This document shows, in pieces, positions 27,909 through 35,200 of a DNA stretch of 64,000 bases (the stretch's first letter is position 1; the number at the start of each line of letters is the position of its first letter). The notes beneath the pieces are model-generated. The model was not told where the DNA came from. It saw only the letters and a program-made list of their open reading frames with translations, and made no database searches. The stretch is taken from NCBI GenBank assembly GCA_020723345.1, contig DYJA01000003.1, positions 12,972-76,971 of the forward strand, read 5' to 3'. This DNA comes from Candidatus Aquidulcis sp. Its GTDB lineage: Bacteria > Chloroflexota > Anaerolineae > UBA4142. A program made the position numbers and the translations under genes.

Positions 27909-28686
27909 CAAAACCCGCCTGCAAGAGCAATATCGCGATGGCACGAACCTCGCGGCGCGCGCCGCGTTACACGCGCGCTTTACGACCGCGCCGCGTCCCT
28001 GGACATCCTGGGTGTTCGATCATCTCGATTTGCCGCGCGACGCGCGCGTGCTCGAAATCGGCTGCGGCACGGGCGGACTGTGGCGAAGCAACCGCGAACG
28101 CATTCCAACATCGTGGCGATTGACGCTCACCGATTTTTCGTTCGGCATGGTCGAGACGACGCGCGCGACCGACATCACCGCGAATCTCGCGCAAAGCGAT
28201 GCGCAGCAAATTCCCTTTCGCGACGCGGCGTTCGACGCGGCGATCGCGAATCACATGTTGTACCACGTGCCCGATCTGCCGCGCGCGCTCGCGGAAATTC
28301 GGCGCGTACTGAAACGCGGCGGCAAATTTATCGCGGCGACGAATGGCATCGCTCACATGCGCGAACTAGACGAACTGACCAGCCGTTTGGGGGTTCACCC
28401 GGGCAGCAACGCGCTCCAGTTCGGATTGGAAAACGGCGCACAAATTCTTGCCAGATATTTCTCATCAGTGCAACGAATTGATTTCGCCGACGCGCTAATC
28501 GTGACCGAAGCCGAACCACTCGTCGCGTATATTCTCTCGATGTTCTCGGCGCAAAAGATACGCGGCACTGAAGCTGAACAACAGTTGCGCCAAGTGATCG
28601 CCGAGCGCGTTACGCGTGATGGCGCGATCCGGATCACAAAATCGCAGGGCTTGTTCATTGCGGAAGGACAAATTTCCAATCTCTAA
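27889..28686 (+). CDS. Class I SAM-dependent methyltransferase
   Basis: Motif I 'VLEIGCGTGGLW', then 'AAIANHMLYHV' and 'LKRGGKFIAAT'. Confidence 0.85.
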   Translation: MIHPFTDKTRLQEQYRDGTNLAARAALHARFTTAPRPWTSWVFDHLDLPRDARVLEIGCGTGGLWRSNRERIPTSWRLTLTDFSFGMVETTRATDITANLAQSDAQQIPFRDAAFDAAIANHMLYHVPDLPRALAEIRRVLKRGGKFIAATNGIAHMRELDELTSRLGVHPGSNALQFGLENGAQILARYFSSVQRIDFADALIVTEAEPLVAYILSMFSAQKIRGTEAEQQLRQVIAERVTRDGAIRITKSQGLFIAEGQISNL

Positions 28687-28705
28687 TCTCCAATCTCCAA
28701 TTTCC
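28671..28705. repeat. Heptamer tract (AATYTCY)5
   Basis: AATTTCC AATCTCT AATCTCC AATCTCC AATTTCC. Confidence 0.85.
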
Positions 28706-28717
28706 CGTCAGGGCGCA

Positions 28718-29224
28718 ATGTCCGTCGTGCTGTCCGAAGATCGCCAACAGGTTCTGTTGCTGCGCCGCGAAGTTTTTATTTTGTGGGACTTGCCCGGCGG
28801 CGCAATCGAAAAAGGCGAAAGCCCGGCAGACGCGGCGGTGCGCGAAGCGCGCGAGGAATCGGGCTATCACATCGCGATTGAGCGCGCGGTCGGGCGGTAC
28901 TTGCATCAATCGGTGTACGGACGCGGCGATCAGTTGACGCACACGTTTCGCGCGCGCGTCGTCGGCGGCAAAGCGAAACATTTCGGACTGGAGACGACTG
29001 GCTTGCGCTGGTTTCCGGTGAACGCGCTGCCACGCGGCGTCGAACCGCTGCAACGCCAGATGATCGCGGACGCGCTGTCCGATGCGGCTGAGCCGGTCGA
29101 ACGACGGATTGATTTTGCGCGATGGAAACTCTATCCGGCGCGCGTCGTCTTCTTCGTGATGCGCGTACGGAATATCGCGGCGTGGCATGTTTTGAAATGG
29201 TGGCGCGGTCGAACGCGCAAGTAA
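28718..29224 (+). CDS. NUDIX hydrolase
   Basis: Nudix box 'GGAIEKGESPADAAVREAREESGY'. Confidence 0.85.
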   Translation: MSVVLSEDRQQVLLLRREVFILWDLPGGAIEKGESPADAAVREAREESGYHIAIERAVGRYLHQSVYGRGDQLTHTFRARVVGGKAKHFGLETTGLRWFPVNALPRGVEPLQRQMIADALSDAAEPVERRIDFARWKLYPARVVFFVMRVRNIAAWHVLKWWRGRTRK

Positions 29225-29225
29225 A

Positions 29226-29296
29226 GCCACAGAGAACACAGAGAGCACAGAGAAGAAGTTGTTGTTTTCTCTGTGTCCCCTGTGTCCTCTGTGGCA
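29226..29296. repeat. Heptamer-repeat hairpin (CACAGAG family) upstream of hacB
   Basis: CCACAGAGAACACAGAGAGCACAGAGAAG...TTCTCTGTGTCCCCTGTGTCCTCTGTGG. Confidence 0.8.
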
Positions 29297-29302
29297 AAAA
29301 AT

Positions 29303-29842
29303 ATGGAGCGTTTGATGAAATTCAAAGGGCGGGTTTGGAAATACGGCGACGACGTGAACACCGATGTGATTTTTCCCGGCAAGTACACGTACACGATTAC
29401 GGATCCGAAAGAGCAGGCGCAGCACGCGCTCGAAGATTTGGATCCGAATTTCGTGAGCCAAGTTCAGCCGGGCGACATCATCGTCGGCGGTAAAAATTGG
29501 GGCAACGGTTCTTCGCGCGAGCAAGCGGCGACGTGTCTGAAATATTCCGGCGTCACCGCGCTCATCGCGAAATCGTTCGCGCGCATTCACTTTCGCAACC
29601 TGGTGAACAATGGACTCGCGCCGATTGTCTGCGCGCCTGCGGTCGACGCGATCCAAAATGGCGAGACCGTCGAGATCGATCTCGACGCGCACACGATTCG
29701 CTGCGCCGCCGGCGCGTTCGATTTTCCGCCGCTCTCGCCGACGCTGTTTACGATCATCGAAACCGGCGGCTTGATTCCGATGCTGCGGCGCAAACTCGGC
29801 ACGGAACATCTGCCGATGCCGGAGATTAAGGGAGGAGAGTAG
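29303..29842 (+). CDS. hacB: Homoaconitase / 3-isopropylmalate dehydratase small subunit
   Basis: '[14 protein letters not shown]', '[14 protein letters not shown]', '[17 protein letters not shown]'. The start could also be 29315. Confidence 0.85.
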   Translation: MERLMKFKGRVWKYGDDVNTDVIFPGKYTYTITDPKEQAQHALEDLDPNFVSQVQPGDIIVGGKNWGNGSSREQAATCLKYSGVTALIAKSFARIHFRNLVNNGLAPIVCAPAVDAIQNGETVEIDLDAHTIRCAAGAFDFPPLSPTLFTIIETGGLIPMLRRKLGTEHLPMPEIKGGE

Positions 29843-29899
29843 AGATTGGAGATTAGAGATTGCCGGTATCCAATCTCTAATCTCTAATCTCCAATCACT
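29840..29899. repeat. Heptamer-repeat hairpin (GATTRGA / TCYAATC)
   Basis: AGAGATTGGAGATTAGAGATTG ccggta TCCAATCTCTAATCTCTAATCTCCAATC. Confidence 0.85.
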
Positions 29900-31012
29900 A
29901 TGTACAAAATCGCTTGGCTGCCCGGCGACGGGATTGGAAAAGATGTAATGGACGCGGCGCGCGTGGTGCTCGACGCGTTGAAACTGGACGCGCAGTACAC
30001 GCCCGCCGACATCGGTTGGGAGTTCTGGTGTAACGAAGGGGACGCGCTGCCGCAGCGCACGATTGACACTTTGCGCGCGTCGCATTGCGCGTTCTTTGGC
30101 GCGATCACGTCCAAGCCGAAAGAAGAAGCGGACGCGGAACTCGCGCCGAACTTGCGCGGCAAGGGTTTTGTCTATCGCAGTCCGATTGTGCGTTTGCGCC
30201 AGATATTCGATCTGTACGTGAACTTACGCCCGTGCAAAGCGTATCGTGGCAATCCGCTGAATTATCGCGACGACATCAACCTCGTCGTCTTTCGCGAAAA
30301 CACGGAAGGGCTGTACGCCGGAGTCGAATTTCATCCGGTCCCGGACAACGTGCGCCGCGCGCTCGAAGAATCGTCCGGCGCGATGCGCGCGTTCAAAGAG
30401 ATCGCGTCGGACGATATGGCGATCACCGCGCGCGTCATCACGCGGCGCGGCGCGGAACGGATCGTCCGCCGCGCGTTCGAGTACGCGCAAAAACACAATT
30501 TCCCGACGGTGACGCTCGTCGAAAAGCCGAACGTGCTGCGCGAGACGAGCGGGTTGATGACGCGCGTCGCGCGCAAGGTCGCGCGCGATTTTCCCAAAAT
30601 CGAATTGTGGGAAGCGAACATCGACGCGATGATGATGTGGCTGCTGAAAAATCCGCAGCAGTACGGCGTGCTCGTGACGAGCAATCTCTTCGGCGATGTC
30701 GTCTCCGATTTGTGCGCGCAACTTGTCGGCGGGCTGGGTTTCGCGGCAAGCGGCAACATCGGCGACCAGTTCGCGGTCTTCGAACCGACGCACGGCTCCG
30801 CGCCCAAGTACGCCGGACAAAACAAGGTCAATCCAATCGCAACATTCTTCGCGGCAAAGTTGATGTTGGATTGGCTCGGCGAAACGGAAAGAGCGACGCG
30901 CCTCGAAAACGCGATTGCGACGGTGATCGCGGAAGGACGCGTGCGGACGTACGATATGGGCGGCAAAAGTACGACGATGGAAATGGCGGAAGCAGTCGCA
31001 GGCAAATTATGA
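29900..31012 (+). CDS. Homoisocitrate / isopropylmalate dehydrogenase family protein
   Basis: 'IAWLPGDGIGKDV', 'NLRPCKAY', 'VVFRENTEGLYAG', 'SNLFGDVVSDL', 'FEPTHGSAPKYAG'. Confidence 0.9.
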   Translation: MYKIAWLPGDGIGKDVMDAARVVLDALKLDAQYTPADIGWEFWCNEGDALPQRTIDTLRASHCAFFGAITSKPKEEADAELAPNLRGKGFVYRSPIVRLRQIFDLYVNLRPCKAYRGNPLNYRDDINLVVFRENTEGLYAGVEFHPVPDNVRRALEESSGAMRAFKEIASDDMAITARVITRRGAERIVRRAFEYAQKHNFPTVTLVEKPNVLRETSGLMTRVARKVARDFPKIELWEANIDAMMMWLLKNPQQYGVLVTSNLFGDVVSDLCAQLVGGLGFAASGNIGDQFAVFEPTHGSAPKYAGQNKVNPIATFFAAKLMLDWLGETERATRLENAIATVIAEGRVRTYDMGGKSTTMEMAEAVAGKL

Positions 31013-31713
31013 CGATCACCAGCGAACAACAAACCGCCGTCGCGAAAATGCTCGTGAACGCGGCGAAACAAAAAGAATTGACCTTGCGTGTCATCGGTGG
31101 GGTTGCGATTTACGCGACGTGTCCCAGCCTCGCGGCGCATCCGAAATTGCAGCGCGCGATCTTGGACGTAGATTTCGTCGCGCCGCGCGGCGATTGGAAC
31201 GCGCTCGAAGGAATTTTCGCGGCGAATGATCTGCGCGTGCGCGCCAAGGGAAAAGAGAGTTGGCTTTTCGAGAAAGATGGGCTGGTGGTCGAAGTGTGCG
31301 ATCCGAATTTCGGGTTTGCGAATTTCGCGCGGCGACTCGCGCTCGCATCGCCCACACTGCCGCCGACTGATCTGCTGCTCATCAAACTGGCGCGTCAACC
31401 GTTCGAGGAGCGCGACGTTCAAGACGCGATCGCGCTGTTGCTCGATCATCGCGTCGCGGACAACGAAGCAGAAGGGCAAATCAGTCACGCGTACATCGCG
31501 CGCTTGTGCGCGCGTGATTGGAAATTGTTCCACGCGGTCTACGACAACACACTGACACTGGAACGCGTCCTGGATCAGTACATCGAACCGGAGCCAGCGC
31601 AACTCGTCTGGCGGCGCATCGAGTCGCTGCAGAGCGATTTGGATCGGCAATCGAAATCGCTCGGCTGGATGATCAATCAATTTTTGCGGAAGCCAACGCA
31701 AGTGCCGCGATAA
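31009..31713 (+). CDS. Putative minimal nucleotidyltransferase-fold protein
   Basis: ATGA overlap with the dehydrogenase. 'RVIGGVAI' followed by 'DVDFV' resembles the G[GS]...DxD NTase signature. Only the last 234 codons of the long track ORF are used. Confidence 0.5.
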   Translation: MTITSEQQTAVAKMLVNAAKQKELTLRVIGGVAIYATCPSLAAHPKLQRAILDVDFVAPRGDWNALEGIFAANDLRVRAKGKESWLFEKDGLVVEVCDPNFGFANFARRLALASPTLPPTDLLLIKLARQPFEERDVQDAIALLLDHRVADNEAEGQISHAYIARLCARDWKLFHAVYDNTLTLERVLDQYIEPEPAQLVWRRIESLQSDLDRQSKSLGWMINQFLRKPTQVPR

Positions 31714-31756
31714 GACAGAGACCAGGTTTCTTCCTTCGGGAAACCTGGTCTCTTTT

Positions 31757-33568
31757 TTACGCGCGTCGTGCGAGCACAATCGCCAGCATGATCAGTATTG
31801 CCGCGCTGAACACAATCGTCAATCTGGTGTAATCTTCTTCCGTGCGCGCGGTGAAATCGCTGAGCGTAACCGCCGTTGGCGCGCCGGGACCGCCGCCAAT
31901 CGCGAATGGCGAGAACTCCGTCACGTCCGGCAATTCGACGTACCGGTAGCCGGTCACCGGATCCGTGCCGGTCGTGTACGCGCCGCTCCAGCGCGACCAA
32001 TATGTCCCGTTGCAGTGAAAGATCGCGATGTTGCTCAACGTGTTGCCGTTCGCTTCGTCGCCCGCGCCGCCCGCGCCATCGTAAAAGTATAGCCGCAGCG
32101 TAGCAGTGACGCCGGTCGTGTTCGTCGGCGTGAGATCGAACAGACGACGGACGGGCGCACCGCCGAGCGTCGTCGTACCGCACGCGTAATTCGTCGGCGC
32201 GATGTGCGCGGTGGTAACGAGGGTTGTGTTCCCCATATTCGATCCGCCGGTCTGCGTGAGTTGCGCGGTCGTCCGGCTTACGGCATCCAGAAAACTGAAC
32301 GTTCCTCCACCGGTGGTCACATTCTGCGCGGGCGTCGTGTGTCGCAGCGCGCCGTTGTTCGTGAGCGTGCCGTTCACCGTGATGAGGGATGTACCGGTGT
32401 CGAGCGTTGTGCCGGAGTTCGTCGTCAAGTTGTTGAAGGTTGTACTGCCGGTCAGCGTTTGCGATGTGCCGTTGAAGGTGACGGTGCCGGTACCGGACGA
32501 AAAGGTTCCGTTGTTCGTCCAGTTGCCAGAGACGCTAAAGTTGCGATTGTTGGGATTACTGAGCGATCTACCCGCGTTGATCGTGACGCTATTAAAGTTG
32601 TATGCCCCCGCGTTATTGAGCGCAGTCGTACCATCAATCGTCACAGTGGCAGTGCCGCCGTTGAACGCGCCGCCGTTACTGACGCTAAAACTAGAGCCAC
32701 ACACGGTAATGTTGTGCGATCCTGCATTCACTGTCGTGCCACCTGCGATCGAAACGCTACCGAAGGTTGTACTGCCGCTACCAGCAAGAGTGTGAGTCGT
32801 ACTGGTATTGTCAAAGGTCGTACTGATAGTCGAACTCTGGGTGAAGGTACCGTTGTTGGTGAAATCCCTTCTGATCGTCAGGTTGCCAGCATCATTGGTA
32901 ATATTAGCCCCGCTGTCTATCACGAGGTTGTAAAACGTCTTAGCGTTCGCGCCAGTGATTGAGCCGGGCGCGCCGGTAAAAGTGATCGTTCCTGTGCCTG
33001 GATTCATTGTCCCAGTACCAGTAGTTCTTGCCAAATTGTGGACAATTCCAAGCGATGAGGTTCCGAAATCAGCCGTTACACCTGAGCCGATGGCTATGGT
33101 CAAGTCATAGAACGTCGTATTTCCAGAAATAGTCTGCGTACCGCTGCTGCCATTCAATCGCACCGTGCCATTGTTGTGATTGAATGTTCCGCTGTTTATC
33201 CAGTTGCCACTCAGGTTGAAAATACCCGAAGTGGAGTTAAAAGTGGTACCGGAACCAATCGTCAAACTGCCGTTGAGATTCGTGGCACCAAGCAGCGTGA
33301 CATTGACGCCAGAACCGATTGAGACGTTTTCGGTGTAAGTCGCGGCGTAGACGTAGACCGTGCCGTTGGGATCGGTGTCATTCAAGGCAGCGGCGATTGT
33401 GGTATGGCAAGGCGAATTGCCGCCGCAGTTGCCCGCTGGGTCGGCATACGTTATTGGGGCAGCATACGCCGGAATCGGAGCGGAGAATGTCACGCCCGAT
33501 ACAATCATCACGAACACAACGACCGATGCAACTTTCCGATCCTTGTTGCGCCATTCTTGCCTTTTCAT
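31757..33568 (-). CDS. Secreted Thr/Gly/Asn-rich parallel-beta-helix-like repeat protein with a C-terminal TM anchor
   Basis: Signal peptide 'VASVVVFVMIVSGVTFSAPIPAYA'. Many 'GNWxNNGTF...GTVxFNG...TFYNL' units. The C-terminus 'PTAVTLSDFTA' is followed by a hydrophobic helix and RRA. RBS GGGGGAGGG. Confidence 0.8.
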   Translation of the reverse strand: MKRQEWRNKDRKVASVVVFVMIVSGVTFSAPIPAYAAPITYADPAGNCGGNSPCHTTIAAALNDTDPNGTVYVYAATYTENVSIGSGVNVTLLGATNLNGSLTIGSGTTFNSTSGIFNLSGNWINSGTFNHNNGTVRLNGSSGTQTISGNTTFYDLTIAIGSGVTADFGTSSLGIVHNLARTTGTGTMNPGTGTITFTGAPGSITGANAKTFYNLVIDSGANITNDAGNLTIRRDFTNNGTFTQSSTISTTFDNTSTTHTLAGSGSTTFGSVSIAGGTTVNAGSHNITVCGSSFSVSNGGAFNGGTATVTIDGTTALNNAGAYNFNSVTINAGRSLSNPNNRNFSVSGNWTNNGTFSSGTGTVTFNGTSQTLTGSTTFNNLTTNSGTTLDTGTSLITVNGTLTNNGALRHTTPAQNVTTGGGTFSFLDAVSRTTAQLTQTGGSNMGNTTLVTTAHIAPTNYACGTTTLGGAPVRRLFDLTPTNTTGVTATLRLYFYDGAGGAGDEANGNTLSNIAIFHCNGTYWSRWSGAYTTGTDPVTGYRYVELPDVTEFSPFAIGGGPGAPTAVTLSDFTARTEEDYTRLTIVFSAAILIMLAIVLARRA

Positions 33569-33619
33569 TTTTGCCCTCCCCCTGAAAACGGCACATAGAC
33601 GAACGCGGCAAACCACTCA

Positions 33620-33662
33620 GAAAACAAAAACGCCCTGGCGCGCGCAAACGCGCGTCAAGGCA
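33620..33662 (-). terminator. Terminator-like GC hairpin plus T-tract (copy A of a duplicated 43-nt module)
   Basis: Minus sense: TGCCTTGACGCGCGTTTGCGCGCGCCAGGGCGTTTTTGTTTTC. Downstream of the orthocaspase stop and about 50 nt upstream of the beta-helix gene start. Confidence 0.55.
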
Positions 33663-33817
33663 TTCGTCACCTTTCGCGATGCCAGACTAGGCGATCTTCA
33701 TTGGGCTGAAACGCCGGGCAGAGACGCGCTTCAGCGCATATTATCACACAGAACGAACACGAAAACAAGAGGGGAAAGGTAAAATTTTTTCAACCTTTCC
33801 CACCAATTTACCAGCGA

Positions 33818-34642
33818 TTACCCGACTTTGGCGCGCCGCGTCGTTGCTTGACACTCCAACTGCGGCGTCTGGGTGTAACGCCCGGCTTTCAAGTCGGCGC
33901 GCACTTTTTTCAGCAAGTCGGCGCGCGCGAGTTTGTTCTGGCACGCGCGCACTTGCTTGCAAAAAAAGTACGTGAACGCGCCGTGCCACGCGCCACCGAT
34001 GCGCGCGTCCGCGCTCGTCTGATCCGCGCGGCAACCCGCCCACAAGACGTGCTGCTTGGTCTTCTTTTTGCCGAACGATTGATAAAAGCTGCGCGCCTCG
34101 CGCTCGCTCACCATGTCGAACGATGCCAGCGACGGCGGCGGCAAATAGCGCGGCTTGCGGTCGAACAAAAAGTCAATCGCTTTCAAGCCGGTGCCGCTGT
34201 GGCACGTGTCGAGGTAGACTTCGAGCAAAACCGTCTTGGGTAACTGAACGAAGAGGTCGTGCAGTTCGTCGTCGAGGATAATGTGCTGCGGATCCCAATG
34301 ATCGCCTGCCGCAGCGAGATCGTGCGGACAGAACGCCTCGTCGTAATTGTCCGGCTCGTCGCCGCTCGTGTCCGGCGTCTGCGTGCCGTGACTCGACAGC
34401 GAAAAGATGAGATAATCGAATTTGCCGGCTTGCGCATCATTCACCATCGCGGTCAAGTTCGCCATGATGTTCGACTTGGTTGCCTGCGCGTCGGTCAGCA
34501 TAACGATGTCCGCGTTCGTAAAGCCGAGAAAGCCGGTCAGCACAGACACCATGTCGTTCACATCGTTGACGCAACCGTTCAATCCGTTGTTCGGATAATT
34601 CTTGAAATGGTTGATGCCAACGCACAATGCTTTGCGTGCCAT
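33818..34642 (-). CDS. Caspase-like peptidase C14 (orthocaspase), catalytic domain only
   Basis: 'KALCVGINHF', catalytic His in 'FSLSSHGTQ' and Cys in 'YLDTCHSGTG'. RBS GGGAGGAG. Confidence 0.85.
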   Translation of the reverse strand: MARKALCVGINHFKNYPNNGLNGCVNDVNDMVSVLTGFLGFTNADIVMLTDAQATKSNIMANLTAMVNDAQAGKFDYLIFSLSSHGTQTPDTSGDEPDNYDEAFCPHDLAAAGDHWDPQHIILDDELHDLFVQLPKTVLLEVYLDTCHSGTGLKAIDFLFDRKPRYLPPPSLASFDMVSEREARSFYQSFGKKKTKQHVLWAGCRADQTSADARIGGAWHGAFTYFFCKQVRACQNKLARADLLKKVRADLKAGRYTQTPQLECQATTRRAKVG

Positions 34643-34671
34643 TTTGCTCCTCCCTGTTTTCATCGCGCGAT

Positions 34672-34713
34672 GAAAACAAAAACGCCCTGGCGCGCGTCGC
34701 GCGCGCCAAGGCA
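34672..34713 (-). terminator. Terminator-like GC hairpin plus T-tract (copy B), overlapping a 22-nt perfect palindrome at 34656-34677
   Basis: Minus sense: TGCCTTGGCGCGCGCGACGCGCGCCAGGGCGTTTTTGTTTTC, followed by GTTTTCATCGCGCGATGAAAAC, then the RBS. Confidence 0.5.
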
Positions 34714-34794
34714 ACCATCACCCTGTCGTGAAAATCGCGACAGCAAGTTTTTCCCGGCACATTGTCGCACCGAACGGTTGAAAAAGCAAGGGGC

Positions 34795-34843
34795 ATAAAA
34801 AAGGGAGTGCCGCTTTTGATCCGCGCTGATACAAAAGCGGCAC
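34795..34843 (-). terminator. Intrinsic-terminator-like hairpin in the long leader
   Basis: Minus sense: GTGCCGCTTTTG...CAAAAGCGGCAC (12-bp stem), then TCCCTTTTTTAT. Confidence 0.5.
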
Positions 34844-34928
34844 ATCGCCAAGTGGTTGTTCCTCCCGCAGACGCCGGCGGGAGGAGACAACCTATCGAAA
34901 AGGAGGAGAAGAAGGGCATTTGGCGCGC

Positions 34929-34958
34929 AAACAAAAAACCACAGGGGAAGACTGTGGT
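34929..34958 (-). terminator. Riboswitch expression-platform terminator
   Basis: Minus sense: ACCACAGTCTTCCCCTGTGGTTTTTTGTTTG. The upstream GTCTGTGG can pair with CCACAG as an alternative structure. Confidence 0.7.
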
Positions 34959-34985
34959 TTAAGCGCGCCGATCTGCGCCACAGAC

Positions 34986-35112
34986 TTGTCCCCTTCAATG
35001 CCTACGAAGTTAGCTGACGGGTTGGAGTTGAAGGATACTCCTCTCGCTTGGCGAGATTCACCCCTCGATTGGTTCCTCCGTTCTCTCGGTGCACGAGAGA
35101 TTCGGCAGACAA
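34986..35112 (-). promoter_or_regulatory. c-di-AMP riboswitch aptamer (ydaO-yuaA/kimA class)
   Basis: The minus sense contains GAATC-hairpin-GAACGGAGGAACCAA, GAGGGGTGAATC-hairpin-GAGGAGTA and CCAACCCGTCAGCTAACTTCGTAGGC. These match the pseudo-twofold conserved blocks of the ydaO motif (GGGGUGAAUC; ACCCGUCAGCUAACCUCGUAAGC). P1 pairs TTGTC with GACAA. Confidence 0.85.
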
Positions 35113-35132
35113 TTGTTCGATTTTCTGGCTTT

Positions 35133-35161
35133 AATATACCACATTCCTGCCGATGTGTCAA
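35133..35161 (-). promoter_or_regulatory. Consensus sigma-70 promoter driving the riboswitch
   Basis: Minus sense: TTGACA (35161-35156), 17-nt spacer, TATATT (35138-35133). Confidence 0.7.
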
Positions 35162-35165
35162 GTAT

Positions 35166-35193
35166 TTGACGATTCCAAAATTGATGGTAGAAT
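35166..35193 (+). promoter_or_regulatory. Divergent extended -10 promoter giving a leaderless amidohydrolase mRNA
   Basis: TTGACG, 16-nt spacer, TGgTAGAAT. The ATG at 35201 lies 7 nt after the -10 box and there is no RBS. Confidence 0.55.
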
Positions 35194-35200
35194 CTTTGCG

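Noticed and set aside
34437-34998. ORFs 34437-34934(-) and 34660-34998(-) in the riboswitch leader
   Set aside because: No RBS. They run through terminator hairpins and out of frame into the caspase gene. The region is better explained as structured RNA.
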